A DNA stretch of 64,000 nucleotides, from positions 1 through 64,000 of the forward strand of contig JAPEUI010000002.1 of assembly GCA_026025075.1 (NCBI GenBank), in the 5' to 3' direction. Shown here one piece after another: positions 50,016 to 63,757 of this stretch. Each line of letters begins with the position of its first letter. Position 1 is the first letter of the stretch. Both the position numbers and the translations under genes were made by a program. Source of the DNA: Vezdaea acicularis (lineage: Eukaryota). The notes beneath the pieces are model-generated. The model searched no databases. It saw nothing but the letters and a program-made list of their open reading frames with translations, and had not been told where the DNA came from.

Positions 50016-52472
50016 CTACCGCCCCAGAATGTTATCAAACGTCATATTCGGATCATGTACGGACGAGGCCCTAGATGTACGCGTGTGCTTCTGCGGATTG
50101 ACGCCCTCGGGGACGGGCAGCGCCTCCAGCATAGTCACGCTCTTGCGCTCCTTATCGCGCGTCGAGGCGCCCCACTTGGCGGCCTGCTCCCAAGCGTGGC
50201 TCCGCAGGAAGATGCCCTCGACGCCGTACTCGACGACGTCGCTGGGGAGGTTGACCATCTTGCCGTCGGCAATGCTGTACCAGCTAGTCTTGCGCGCATG
50301 GTTGGCCCAGGGGACGCCGCCCTTGGGCGGTTGGCAGAGAAAGTACTCGACGCCTTCGCCCCAGCGGATGCCGGGGGCGTCGATGACGAGGAGGGGCAGG
50401 CTTTGCATGATGCTGTAGAGGAAGAGCCAGTGGCCGTATCGTTGGTCGTTGGTCTCGATGGTGCTGTGTCCGTGGCATTGCTTGCGCTCGAAGGCTTTGT
50501 ATGCGTCGAGGAAGGGCGTTGAGACGTCCGAGTCAGGGTTGTAGGAAGCGGTTAGGACGCGGCTCAGCTCGTCGTCTTTTGGTTTCCTCTTCTTTACGTC
50601 CGCGGGGTATGGTAGGCGAGGGGTATCGAATGGTACTGGGGGATTGACTGGCGGCGAGCTTCGATCGAATTCGCTCATCACTTTGCGGATTGCGCTAGTC
50701 TCGCCAGAGTCGTAATCAATCGACCGTGTGGTCATCGAGGTTCTATTCACCAGAAGGTCGTAAAGCTGAGAAAAGTCATAGTAGATCCGTTTCAGACATA
50801 TTCGGTTCAGCCCGCTTTCTTCAAAGTTATTCTTCTTACTCCTTGCCTTCGGCGGCCAGGATCCATATTGCTCTTTATAGAAGCTTAGAGTGAACTTGCG
50901 CATAGTCAGGAAAGAGCTCTTCCACTGCTTGAAGTCCACTTGCTTGGCCTCCGGGAGTGTTGTGGAATTGGCGAGACCGGCAAACATGGACGGGAACTCA
51001 AAGTCGTTCAGCCGGCCTCGGATAGTTCGCAGCTTATTGTCGAGGTCTATGGCTGCGCGTTCCAATCTGGTTCGAGTGATGTGGCTAATCTGTCGGTATT
51101 TCGGGCTTTCTAATTTGTCAATGTCATCGTATTTGCCTACCCCATGGACGAAAGCTTCATTATAGAGCGAGAAATGTCGCATCCGCTCCCCAAGCACAAT
51201 ACCCTCGATGGTCTTCTCTCGACTGTTCCGTACATCATCCAACCCCAGCTCGCGAACGTAATATTCGAAATTGCTCATTGCTGTCTCTCCGAAAGTCGAC
51301 CCATCAATGTTGCCGAACTCAAACGTCTTTAGTAAAGCGGCAATCCGTAGGAAGACTTCGAAATAGGATGATTGTGCAGGCGTTTCAACAACTGGCTGCC
51401 GGGTCAGGAAGGCAATGAGGTTACGAACGGCGACTAGCTGCTCAACATCTTCTTCGGACAACCGAGGCTCCATAGGGCCTCCATAGTCCTCATCGCTCAA
51501 CCCAGTAGGAAAGTAGAGATGTGTGTCCTTCGTGGGGCCTTCTAACGAATCATAAGTTGTTCGGGAGCCCTGTGATCCTTGACTGTTGTTTTGCGACTGT
51601 GGATCTGATTGAGGTGACATCGGAGGAGAGGCTGGAACATTTAATGTCATATCCGGTCGACCATTGGCCGAGGGGCGCTGTGAGTCGCCTGAACCCCGCG
51701 CATCACTATAGATACCCCCGTATGCAAGAAACGTCAAAGTGGCTGAGGATGCAAGTATTGATGATGAGACCTTGAAAGAAGGGGCTTTCTTGGCCCGACG
51801 GGGAAAAAGGTAAATGTACGTGTCGCCACTCTCATCCCATAAGTCCCATGCCTATTTCATCTTAGTGGTTTGAAGACGGCTCTAATGGGAGACAATTACC
51901 TTTTGAGCGGTCTCTAGTACGGAAACGTCGTAAGGCAATCTCGAGTCGCCCGCCGTTATCCATGCCCGTGCACTACTAGCCCGCCTGCCACCAACGTGAG
52001 GTGAAGCGTTCCTAGTTCGAATTGGCAGCCAGCTTCGGCGTTTCTTGCCATCAACAGGACTACCAGGTCGCTCGACGCCGATGGGGGCGGGTGAAGTAGC
52101 TCGACTTGCTGGGCGGCTCCGCGACGGTGAAGCAGGGCGCGAGCCAGGAAGCTCGCAGAATGGAGGCTCTGGCGGAGCTAGAGCCAGCTCTGACATCCCA
52201 CCATAGATGTTCTCCTGCGTCTGTTGCTTGGTCCACTGCTCCCCAGTCAAGGGTGGAGTAAGATATTGCGCCGCAGGTGAAGTGCCCGAGAAAGAATGCC
52301 GTGGACGCCCCTTTGGGCTTCGGTCCCGGCCCCTCAAAGATGGCGTATCTAGAAGGTTTGATTCGGAGGGACGCTGCTTCACATTCTTGAGCTGTTCCGC
52401 CTGCCTTGAATCACCCCCGAGGGAAAACAGGGATGAGAGGCGATTACCGCGTTTGCGTTCTTGAGAACCCAT
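50016..52472 (-). CDS. Fungal hypothetical protein. Exons 52472..51900, 51851..50016
   Basis: A 48-nt intron joins a low-complexity N-terminus to LWDESGDTYIYLFP..PSFKV and a long globular region (YNEAFVHGVG, YGSWPP, GVEYFLCQPPKG, YGVEGIFLRSHAW). Confidence 0.82.
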
Positions 52473-54383
52473 TCTGCCACGTAGGATTTAGTAGGGCTAT
52501 GAATGTTCACGATGATACGTAATAGTCGGAGAGGTGATCTATGGATATGGCTGGGGTGCTGAACCGCGATATCGGGTGACTGTATACCAGGCAGTAGGCC
52601 GTACTGAGACTATATGCTCCAAGAGAAGCGATCGCGACGGTCCAACTTTTCACCGGGATAGATTGTCGAAACAAGTGTTGCTGCTTTTCCTTAGGTACTA
52701 TCCCCGGTTGAGAGAGCGGGCGGCTGCCTTACCGTGCCACAGGCGCAATCAGAAGCACGCAAAGATGAGACGCCGTAGGGTATGCCCTGCTCGCCGAAAG
52801 GAATGGTTCGTACCAAGGTGAACGGACGCGTAAGGATGGAAAGCGAATCCAGAGTCGACGCTTGGAAGAGATTGTTAGGGGGCCGTGAGAAGGGGGGCGC
52901 AGTGAAGAGACGGCTATGCTATTATAGGAGCTGGAGAAGAAGAAAAGAAAGCTTCAGTGCGGTCGATCGAGTTGCTCAAGAGGTACGCGTCTCGGCTGGC
53001 ATAGCTTCACTCTGCCGTTCAAATGCATTCGAGGAGATCACAGCGGTGGGGCATAGGGCATAGTTCGTAGGATGCCAGGGAAAGAGTTCTCTCAGAGGCT
53101 GAGATGGTGGGGCAAGCCGAGCGACGAATCTTGGGGAGGGATTGAGCCTCTGCAGGTTTTTTCGGATGCAGCGTTGGGGGCCTGCGTTTCACACGTCACT
53201 TTCCACTGGCCACACGAGGCGCTTCTAGGAATATCAATATCCAGCTGGCTTCCCAATGGCTTAGCAAACATCTCATGCGCCAATTAGCCTTTTTTTATCG
53301 ATAATGTCCGCGGCTAATCCCGTTGCTTGTTGACGGGTATAGGTAGAGAGGAAGGCCCCCGAAAATGCACGCTTCGTGTTGGAACTGTCCGCCCCACCGT
53401 TATTACCTTCCATCGTCCCGAAGACACTTCCTTTTCGTATCTGCGAAAGAGTCGACATGATATCTACTGAAAGCGCTATCGTACTCCTTTAGAGCAAGAC
53501 CGTGGTCTCCAGTATGAGAAGAACCGTACGACATCGAATGATGCCCGTTTGCAGGGTACAGCGGCGACACATACCATGTCAGCCTTGCCAAGGCCCGGCG
53601 TATGCGTAATGCAGTATCCTTACGGGCTACTACCCTTACGGCCTGACTGTGCATGTCAGCACTCTATCGCCCTCAACTCCGGCCCCGAGCCCATGGCCTG
53701 CCAGCCTGTACCTCGTTCCATACTTGACATTAATAGCTAGCCAACTTAACTTGAAGAGATCGCTGGGACAGGCTCATGTGTCCGACAATGATTCCAATCA
53801 GCAGCCTGTTGTGCTTTTGCTTGCGCACTATTTATGGACCCGGAATATCATATAGCCGTCGTCCAACGCGTTTGCGCCGCATACTTGCATAAAACCGATC
53901 GTCTCAGAGCGGCGCCGAAACGTGGGCGCAAGCCCATGCTCGTGGGAAATCAGGAATTTCCGAATTATATCATAGAACTGACTCCGCCATCGCGGGTCCA
54001 AGCGGAAGCTTTGCCCTCATTGCCAAACAATTGTTCGAGGTTTGGCCGTACCGTGGTCAAAGCTGTTGGAAGCGCGGGCGCGCTAGACCATGAACGGAGA
54101 ATTACGTAGCTTGTGGGTAGACTTCCATCAAGAGGTTGTAACAAATATTCAGAAGAGCCAATCTATCAATCCAACAGTCGAGCAGCATTTACTGCCTTGG
54201 GGGCCGCCACAACTCAAATAACCTCTTAATGACGGACATGGCACCATCGCTGTGATCACGCACATTCCCGGAGAGTGGGGCAACCTCAAGTGCCCCTCCT
54301 CCTACACAGCAATACTATTCATAACACCGGAGTTCTTCCAATGAACCAACCACCAGTTGCATAGAAATTCACTTACCCCGGCC

Positions 54384-55904
54384 ATGGTAACTTCCAAAAA
54401 GCCCCTCATAAACCTCCTGAAGGGCTGGCCTAATGCGGCCCTAGCCCCATCAAATGCTGTGAAAACTGCCTCGAACGTCGTCCTCTCAGACCTCGAAACC
54501 TCCACTCTCGCTCTCCGCTACGGTCCCGATGGCGGCTACGAACCCTTACGGGTCGAGATAGCGAAATGGCTAACCGCCTTCTATACTCCCTCCACCCTAA
54601 TCCCCTCGACGCAAATAGCAATCAGTGGCGGAGCGTCCCAGAACCTAGCACGGGTACTCCAGGGATTTACAGACCCGGTGTACACACGAAACGTATGGAT
54701 GATCGCTCCGACCTATTTCCTCGCATGCCGCATCTTCGAGGATGGAGGGTTCACGGGAAAGCTGCGAGCGGTACCCGAGGACGACCAAGGAGTCGACATT
54801 GACTTCCTAAGAACGAAGATAAAGGAGAGCGAAGACAAAGCTACCAAAGATGGCAACACCGTTCCTGTATGTATCACTCCACTCTACAACATGGCTCGTC
54901 TCTTGCATGAAACTGATTCCTAGTCCGTCACAGAAACTTAAGCCCGACCGGCCCTGGAACAAGATGTACAAACATATAATCTACTGCGTACCAACCTTCG
55001 CCAACCCCTCCGCAAAGACGATGTCTCTTCTACGCCGCCAGCAGCTCGTCCGCGTCGCGCGCGACTTCGATGCTCTCATCATTACCGATGACGTCTACGA
55101 CTTCCTACAGTTCCCCGCCGGGTCGCACACGCCAGAGACGAAGCTCGATCGAGCTATTCAGCCAAGACTAGTAGACGTAGACAGGGCGCTGGACGGAGGG
55201 GCGGAGAGGGAGGGCGCCGACGGCTTTGGGAATGCAATGAGTAACGGAAGTTTCAGCAAGCTGATCGGGCCGGGCTGTAGGACCGGCTGGGCGGAGGGGA
55301 CTGATAGGTTCGCGTACGGGTTGTCACAAGTGTAAGCTTACCTCAGAAATGGCGAAAGGGGAAGAGGCTGATTTCCAAGAGGGGGTCGTCGCGCTCGGGT
55401 GGAGCCCCCTCGCAGCTCGTAGCCACCTTCATCAGCGAAATGCTTGGCACAGGCGCTCTTCAGGAGCATATCTTCAGCGTACTACAACCAGCCTACGCCG
55501 CGCGTTATCGACACATGCTCTCAGCCATCGAGACGCATCTCTTACCCCTCGGCGTCACCATACCACCGCAACCAGACGTGGTCGTGTCCGGCGGCTACTT
55601 TATCTGGTTCACGCTCCCAGAACCGCTCGCTGCAAAAGACGTCGCGAGAAGAGCGGTCGACGAGCAGAACGTGACTATGTGCCATGGCGATCTGTTCGAG
55701 GTGTATGGTGATGAGGACGTGGCGAGGTTTGGCAGGAATATCCGCCTGTGCTTTGCATTCGAGGAGGAAGAGCGGATTCCGGAGGGAGTGGAGAGGTTAG
55801 CTAGTGTTATACGGGATATGTTGCAAGAGGATCGGACGCAGGTTGCTAAGTCAAGACAGGCCCAGTCGGGGCAGTCGAGTAGGGAGGCTGTCGGGCAGTT
55901 TTAG
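54384..55904 (+). CDS. PLP-dependent class I/II aminotransferase (YER152C-like). Exons 54384..54866, 54934..55331, 55382..55904
   Basis: INLLKGWP, YGPDGG, GGASQNL, PTYFLA, VPTFANPS, ITDDVYD and GSFSKLIGPGCRTGW (PLP lysine). Confidence 0.92.
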
Positions 55905-56162
55905 GGATGGCGATGGATTTGCGATTAGTATGGGCGGCTTGGCTGGCTGGACGGTTCATACGGCGTAGACGTTTTGGATCAAAATAGAGCAGGTTTACCG
56001 TAGACTTCGAAACTAGCATGGTTTTGGTTCTTACATTACGAGTACATGTACACACGTGCACACGCCCAAATCGAAGACCTCTGAAAATGCTCCTTGCTCA
56101 CAAATGGGAAGAAAAAAATGACACCTTGCTTCAAACGAGATAGACGCAGTGCCGAACGGGAA

Positions 56163-57361
56163 TCAAGTGGTTGATCGGAGATACTTTCCAGCGACAATGC
56201 AATGATCCCTCTCGAAAGGTTCTAGGGGGTATCAGTATCATAATCCCATGAGTCCTCACATGAGAAAGAAGGCCTACCTAGAGTCAACTGTTCCAACGGT
56301 TTGATCCTCTCCTCCCTCATTTTCTGTACTTCTCTTGCAAACACAGCCTCTGGGGCCGCCGTGCTATCGATACAATTTGCCTTCACACTGACAACAATCC
56401 CACCTCCAACTTTCAAGAAAAGATGAGCGTTTAGGCCAACGATACGAGCTTGGTCGGGCTGTGCAACGTCGGCAAAGATAACATCTACCATTGAGACTAA
56501 CATTCGGTAGCGGAGAGGGTGACGAGCGTCTTCGATGATTGGAATAACGTTCGTTCGATGTGTGGCCATGTTGATGAGATCTCTACCTGAGCGGTGTGAA
56601 AACTCTACTGCGAACACTGTTCCTGTGGGGCCGACAATGTCTGCTACGTGAGATACCGAGGTTCCAGATGCAGCTCCGAGGTATAATACCTTTGCTCCAG
56701 GGCGTATGAAAATCTCATCTAGACCGCCGAGTACTCCAGCTGCCAACTTGCTCCGGAAAGGGTTCCACACTCGGTATTCTATTTTGGTTGGAGTGGCTGC
56801 CTCGCCATTTACTGCGCCAGTATTTGCTGCTGCTGAGACTTCTACTGAAATACGCTTCTCGCCGTAAACTGATTCCCCAGGTGTCATGTTCTTCGTTACC
56901 AGGAGATCCTCTTTTCCGCCTCGAGCTACAAAAATCCCTGGATGCCTGTGCGGCTCCTACACAGCTCTTAGCACAGGATCTTCACTACGGTTGTTAGGAA
57001 GGGAGCATTGCATACAATGATGACTTTGGCTCCTCCTCTTGCACCTCCTCGAGCTCCTCCCCGCCCACCTCGTGGCGCACCTCGCCCTCGAGGCGCACCA
57101 CGACCACCACCTCTGCCGCCTCGATCACCGAAACTACCTATGGAATATTAGCTTCAAAGTTTATTGTGAAAATGAATGTAAAACTATATGCATGGTCATA
57201 GCATCAGCAAGTCCAGGAACGGACATGGCAAAAGAGCCATGGGCAACAGTCGCAAAGATGTACTGACCTCTACCTCCACCTCTGCCACCTCGGGGTGTTC
57301 CGCCTCTTCCACCAAACCCTCCTCGGTCGCGACCACCGCGGCCTCTTGGAGTAAAAGCCAT
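56163..57361 (-). CDS. NOP1: Fibrillarin, rRNA 2'-O-methyltransferase. Exons 57361..57268, 57137..57016, 56956..56278, 56221..56163
   Basis: RGG-rich GAR domain, [36 protein letters not shown] and EPFERDHC. Confidence 0.98.
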
Positions 57362-57849
57362 TCAATAAGGGAGATTGTATTTTTATTAGTGGACTGTAAG
57401 GGCTCGCTAACAATGCTTTTAAAGATCTATGGTTGAGCAGATTGACCAAGATGTTTTTGTCGGCACAGCTAAATGGCGGGCGAAATTTTAAATCGCTGCC
57501 ATTGGATCGCCTACATACCTCATTAGTCAGCAACCATCGAATTGAATCCATATGGATTTTCGGGGCGTTTACCTAGCCCTCAAGGGTGAACCTCACTGAC
57601 TTAAGGCTCCTAGAAAGATGGTCGTAGTATACATGAGAAACGTACTTACAAGCCTCTATTGAAGCTCTGACCACACCAAACTTCCGCTCTAGTAATGTCA
57701 GGAATTTAAACGCTTAGGGCTTAACCTACTCGCACTGGGCTCGCTTCCTCGCTTAGCGAATTTCTGTACAGCGCGATCTGCCTTAGACTTTCTCAAGCCT
57801 TAACGTAACCTCAGATAACTCGACCTATCGACCATCATACGACAATAAG
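57362..57849. promoter_or_regulatory. Shared bidirectional promoter of NOP1 and RPL17
   Basis: 488 bp between divergent ATGs. Contains TTAGGGC (57714), TAGCCCT (57574), several CCTTA-like words and GAAATTTT (57482). Confidence 0.6.
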
Positions 57850-58661
57850 ATGGTACGTCAGATCCCCTTCCTGATGGAATGCATGACACAATCGATATAC
57901 CATGTCAAATCAGGAGTTGCAATCATCTCTCTCGAAGCTGAAGCAACCCGCCTTCACATCTACTCTAACATGATCTTCTCAATTAGGTTCGATACGCAGC
58001 AACCCAGCTGCATCCCTCGAAGTCGGCCCGCGCCCGTGGTGCATATCTTCGTGTCTCCTTCAAGAACACTCGTGAAACAGCACAGGCCATCAACGGGTGG
58101 AAAGTCGGACGTGCCGTTCAATATCTTGAGAATGTCATCGCGCATAAAGAGGCTATCCCAATGAGGCGTTATGCTGGATCGACGGGGCGAACTGCACAAG
58201 GTTTGCTATTATGAGAAAAAATAAGTATAGAGGGGGCATTGCTGATAGCTCTCATAGGAAAACCATTCGGCGTCACTCTCGCTAGGTGGCCAGTCAAGTC
58301 GGCTGAGTTCCTGCTCGGGCTCCTTAGAAACGCAGAAGCCAATGCCGATACGAAGGGCCTCGATACCGGGAATCTGATCGTTAAGCACATTCAAGTCAAC
58401 CAGGCTCCCAAGCAGCGGAGACGAACATATCGTGCCCATGGCAGGGTACGTGATTTATATCACATCGCATTCCGGACGACGTAGCTAATAGCCTGTTTCT
58501 AGATCAATCCATACATGTCGAATCCATGCCACATCGAACTCATTCTTACGGAAGGTGAAGAAGTCATCAAGAAGTCTCCTCAAGTCGTTCACCGAGAAGA
58601 GGCTCGTTTGAATGTACGACAACGGGCTAAGCGCAATCGGAGGGCGATCACAGCGGAATAG
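57850..58661 (+). CDS. RPL17: 60S ribosomal protein L17 (uL22). Exons 57850..57852, 57987..58200, 58258..58445, 58503..58661
   Basis: ATG-only first coding exon, then [34 protein letters not shown] and [21 protein letters not shown]. Confidence 0.98.
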
Positions 58662-59081
58662 GGCTAGGGTTCAAGGGGTCCAGTGGATTGTGATTGTGCT
58701 ATGGCTCTAGTCACATAAATTTGAGCAGTGAAAACATATCCCAAAATCGTTCAAAGCCCACGTCAGTGAAACCCAATAAGCAATATCGAGATGTTCTTGC
58801 TCCTTGCGAGACCCCGTGCAACCCAAAGATTCAACTTTGTTAGGGGCCTGCTCTACTCGTAACGAGGAGCAATGAAACGTACCAAAACGCCTCAACATGC
58901 CCTAAACCCTGTAATGTCCAAAAGCAGGCGGCGATTTTCCGATCAAATTACTTCTGAATTGCAAATGATGGAAGAATAAGCAGGCTTCTATGAGGTATCT
59001 ATGCACACTGAAGAACATGATCCACATGAAAGCTTGATTTGTAGCAAAATGTAAACCTCGATCGAGATTGCCCGTTAGTTC

Positions 59082-60638
59082 TTAATAGCGATATGTAACC
59101 GGATGTCTCTCCTCCTCCGGTAAAACCGGACTAACCCTTTGATCTACTTCCGCCACTGCTCCCCTCATCGCCGTATTTGCAACCGCAGACTGCTGCCGGT
59201 TCACGTAGCTGGGGGTAGTGTTCATGCCAGGATGGTAGCTTGGTGCTTGAGGCGGGACTGGAAATCCTGAATTGAATTCGTTCTGCGACTGCGCCAGGTG
59301 TTGAGCTGCTGGTGCGAGTGGTGGCGCCGGTGCGGCTTGTGGAGTCGGTTGTAAGGGAGCTTGGAGAGACGCTGGCGGCTGGTTGGGATCCGCGAAGGGG
59401 TTTTGCTCCTCTTTCGGTGGCTCTGAGGCTGCGGATAGTGCGGGAGGGGATGGCGTAGGTCCAGGGGGGGAGAGAAGTTTCCGCGCGTTCAGGACGGCGC
59501 GCTGGTGTTTGGACATGGCGTTGGAGAGCTGATCGTTAGTTTCGATGAGGGTTAGCAGTGTATCGTCGTCAGGGGCAGGGTTATCGGCGTGAATGTAGCC
59601 TTGTACGGAGCGCGAAGCTGATTGACATCTATCGGCGAATTCTTTTATGAGATCGTTACCCAGAATTTCGTTTGTTGGTGTGGACATTACGACTTGCTGC
59701 AGTAGTTTAGCTGAAGTCTTTGCCTCCTCGATTCGGGCGGCGAGTTCGTGGGGTGCTGGGAGGCCTTTGTTCTTGTGGCTTCGGGCGAAGTAGTTCTGTG
59801 ATTGATGCCCCTGTGGGAGAACCTGCTGTTGCGTATGATTTGGAGAGCGGAATGTGTCTGGCGGCGCTCCCTGTATGCCATCAGAGAATGCAGAGCTATA
59901 CAACTCCCTGAGGAGGGTTGGGTCTAGAGACTTACCAGAACATTCCACGACTTTTGGCGTTTCTCTTTTTCCTTAACCCAAAATTCTGATATCGGGAAGA
60001 GACCTGGATCGTCCTTTTTCCTTGCGAATTCATCTAGCGTCTCCGTTAAGATCTGTTGAACGCTACCGTCCTGTGATGTCCTTGAGAGCTCCTTTACCGT
60101 CGCAATGAATTTCGAGTCCATGTTCCGTGTGAAGGTCTTCCCAGGATTGTCGGAAAGGATGCGAATCAGCATTATCGCGTTATATTGAACATAAGGACGT
60201 TTATTGTTATCTTTCGAAAGATATTTTCGAATTGTGACCGCAGCATCTTTCGCAGCGTCAGGGCTAGATTCCGCCGCTTCCACAATCACTGGTAGATGAA
60301 GAACCTCTTCTCCCTGGCCGCCCTGGTGGTGTTAGGGACGTGTCCAAGCAGAATGACTGATGAAAGCCTTCGTTGGTACATACGGAACTATTCGGGCCAC
60401 CCGACTCGCAGAATAGCCTCTGAAAGAAGCGCAATCAGTCCACGCCCGCCCGTAAATCGAAGAGATGGCTTCTTACAACTCCACGAGCGGCATTTGCCTG
60501 AGGAGAGTCCCCAGCAGACCCAGGTACATCATCCGCACCTAAACCAGGAATGTGAGTATCGCAGGATATAAGGTGCCGGTATGATGGTTCATACTTACTT
60601 CCAGAGCGCTTGTTTAACGAGGTCATAAGCTTCTTCAT
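59082..60638 (-). CDS. VHS/GAT-domain protein (Lsb5-like). Exons 60638..60599, 60538..60477, 60419..60384, 60322..59936, 59870..59082
   Basis: RLFCESGG, GEEVLHLPVIVEAAESSP, QYNAIMLIRILSDNPG, a GAT region (IEEAKTSAKLL..LIETNDQLS) and an NPF motif. Confidence 0.85.
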
Positions 60639-61337
60639 CGCGATCGTGTGATATAACAGATTTTTGAGTATAGATAAAAGACAGACCCCAAGGAAGTTCT
60701 GAAGTAGCTTGCACGGCTGGCGCTTGGTGAGAACTAGGAAATATGAGGTCCAAGAATCTCCTGGCGCGCTTTCAATCCAGCAATTTCCAATCCTAAAGAG
60801 GATCTGCTACGACTTCTGCGATTGGCTGTTTAGTAGAAAACCTAGTGGGGGGGAGCTTGCATTTGGTCTCCTGCAAGGCGGATCGGGCTCAAAACAATCC
60901 GCTTAGAATCTGTAACGTCCGCGGGGTTTAAAAACAGTCTTCAGTGCAACTATCTCAAAGAGTTTTCATCAATTAAATTGCATAGGCACAGGTTAAATCT
61001 ACGTGAAATTGACCATAAGGGAGCCTTGGGAGTGGGATCGCCAAGCCTCATGATTCGTAGCCTGCACAGCCCCAGTCGTCATCGAGCATATCGCTTTGAA
61101 AGCTGCCAGAACATCATCTGATTTGTAGCCATCACTCTGTAGCACTTCTATTTGCCTGGGCATGGCAAGTGACGGCTCTATGCAGCATCCCCACACCCCG
61201 GGAGACACAAGCAAATTCGTGAAATGGTAGCCTCCCCTAAGGAAAAACAGCGATAAAGCACCTTGTATCGGACAACCCACCAAATTTAAGACAACGACAA
61301 GGAAGAAAGCAAGGCTCCTAAAGCACACGTATGATGT

Positions 61338-62830
61338 TCACAGTTCTTTCTTGAGAAAATGCTCCTAGGTAGAATGCCCGTCAGAATTGTGGCAGAGGGT
61401 TAGGGGGATATGACCAACATACCGGTTTGTGGCTTGTCTCATAATCAACGTGAACGTATGCCCTTTCCACGTCAGGGAGGCTCTCAAGTTTCGTTTGAAG
61501 CTCCTCAGCTACGTCGTGAGTTGCTCGGAGTGTCTCGTTGGCATCACAAACTATATCGACTTCGCAGATGATCCGAGGTCCGCTGTGGTAGGCTCTGACT
61601 GTATCAATCTGGGTGATCAATGGCGAATGCGTCATGGCTAGGTTACTTTAGCAAGCTCACAGATGCCATGATCAGCATGAAACACCCACAAATATATGTG
61701 ATGAGTTGCTGTGTCTGGGTATCAGCTGTCACACCAATCAGAAGTTGGAACTCGGCGTATGCAGTCCGTAGCCAGAGAGTAGCTATGAGAACGGAGAGTA
61801 TGATAGCGCCCATCGGATCAATCCACCATGCTAACTTGCTTCCGCCAACAGAAGTCAAGATACCAAATCCATTGATGAAAAGGTCGTTCCTATGGTCTTC
61901 CCATAAGATACGAATTTGGGAATAGACGTTCCGAAGCGTCCAGCAATAGAAGAAGAGTCCAAGCTTCGTGCAAAAGGCGATAGCAACTGCAACGACCGAT
62001 GGCAGATGAAAGTTAGTAGTTCCCGCTTTTGAGCCATCCACTAGCTCACGGGCTGACATTACAATGAGAATAAATGAGACGGCCGTCATGAGGAAGCAAA
62101 AGACAATGTTGCCAGCGGTTTCAATCCGAGCTTTGCCAGATGGATATCTCCTTGGATCTACACGGTTGATAGCACGGTGCGAAAGGATCAGCATGATATT
62201 TGACAAAGGGTCAAATAGAGCATCCGCCATGGTAGTGAATAATGATAGCGATCCTGAAGAGGCCGCGCCATATACCTGAAGCACAGCCAGGAGTACATTA
62301 GCTGCAAAGCTTCCATGTACTGCGATCTGAAATTTAAGATGATTGTCCGCGTCTTGTGCTTTCGCTTCTCGTCTGTGGTCGTCCACAGGCTTCAGAAGGC
62401 GTTCAATGTTTTCATTCTGGCTTTGGTAAAATCCCTGGATTTTCCTTGCCTTTCGGGCGCGAGTATTGGTAGTAATTGGCCCACAACCGTCCCTCTTTCT
62501 AGAAGTATTCGCCCGAATGAGGTCTAATTCGCTCGGAGACTTCAAGGCACTTGATAAGCGATAGGGATCTGTTTCACTCGTATAAGGCGGCGGCCTTTGG
62601 CCTTCTAGGTCATTCTGTATCTCGGATGTTGCAGCAGTTGACCGGGACTTAGATTGGCTCTGCTCCCCATTGGAAGCTGACTCTAGGGCTGTTGTCGTAG
62701 CATCTTGGCGCGGTGTAGAGGACCGGATAGGCGTTGCAGTCGAACTATCAGAGCGGAACGAGTGCGGATGTGGGTGGAATGGATGGGGATGCATTGTAAT
62801 CGCATGAGACAAGTTTGGGTCAGAACTCAT
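61338..62830 (-). CDS. Cation diffusion facilitator, Mn-CDF/MTP8-11-like. Exons 62830..61690, 61637..61423, 61364..61338
   Basis: SGSLSLFTTMADALFD (DxxxD), YPSGKARIE, EDHRND, IDPMGA, IDTVRAYH and ERAYVHVDYETSHKPEH. Confidence 0.92.
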
Positions 62831-63757
62831 GTTGAAGAGGTGCCTGGACGGCAATTTCGTCTTCTTTAAGGCGTACTATATCCCAATTATTGATATGTTA
62901 GATACAGATGGGTGTCAAGTTTATGATGCTTCTATCACGAATCCGCTCATTTCATGATTTGGGCTGCGTTGACCCTACGTCAACGACGACACGTGACTCA
63001 CTTAAGCTGAAGTCGCAGAGAAAGCGCTGGGTAAGAATCTCTGGTATTCGTTTGGTATGTAGACATATGGAGATTCCTGAAATACCTTTGGGTTTTCGTT
63101 GCTCCTACTCCACCGAGCGTCTGTGACCATTTCGCGTTGAGACTAGTCTGTGGCCGGGCATACACGCGCAACTTCTCACAGTTCCGAGGCAGAGAACGTA
63201 AGATTGGCACGGGCTGTGGGCTGTCTCCGCAAACAATGGGATTGTTTATCCGAATGAATAGACGATGTCTATGAAGCCCCAGCCGTAAATAACAATTAGG
63301 GACGCTAAAACCTATATCATGGCTCGGAGTACGAAAACGTGCGTCATCACGCATGAGAAAGCGCCTACATGCTTGGTAGCGATCCAGGTACTACCAGACC
63401 TTTGTCTCTCTTGGCAAGGGCAGGGCCCTTATGTTTAGTGGGATGTGGTCGTTTCACATATTCTGACAAGGATCTCGTAACCTCGTTGAAGTGGAACCAA
63501 TTGCTTGAACAGCAAGACAGTTGTTAAGCAAAAGATAATTTTGGCACTATATTAGCACTTCTCCAACTAACGAAGACGAATTAAAAAGTAACCTAGAAAA
63601 GCGTGCAAGAAAAAAGGCTTTATTCAACCCCAGCCCATCCCCATAAACGAAACAAACCGCATGGTCAAGCATAGCAAGAGGTCAGCTTAATCTCGACCAA
63701 TACTCGATGGCCACAGTACTTTGCAAAACTCGAACCATCGACTAGCCTATCTCAATC

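Noticed and set aside
57138..57267. Possible snoRNA in the 130-nt first intron of NOP1 (short CATGGC/GCCATG hairpin and a CTGA)
   Set aside because: No convincing C box (RTGATGA) paired with a terminal D box, and no H/ACA layout. An Infernal or snoscan search would be needed.
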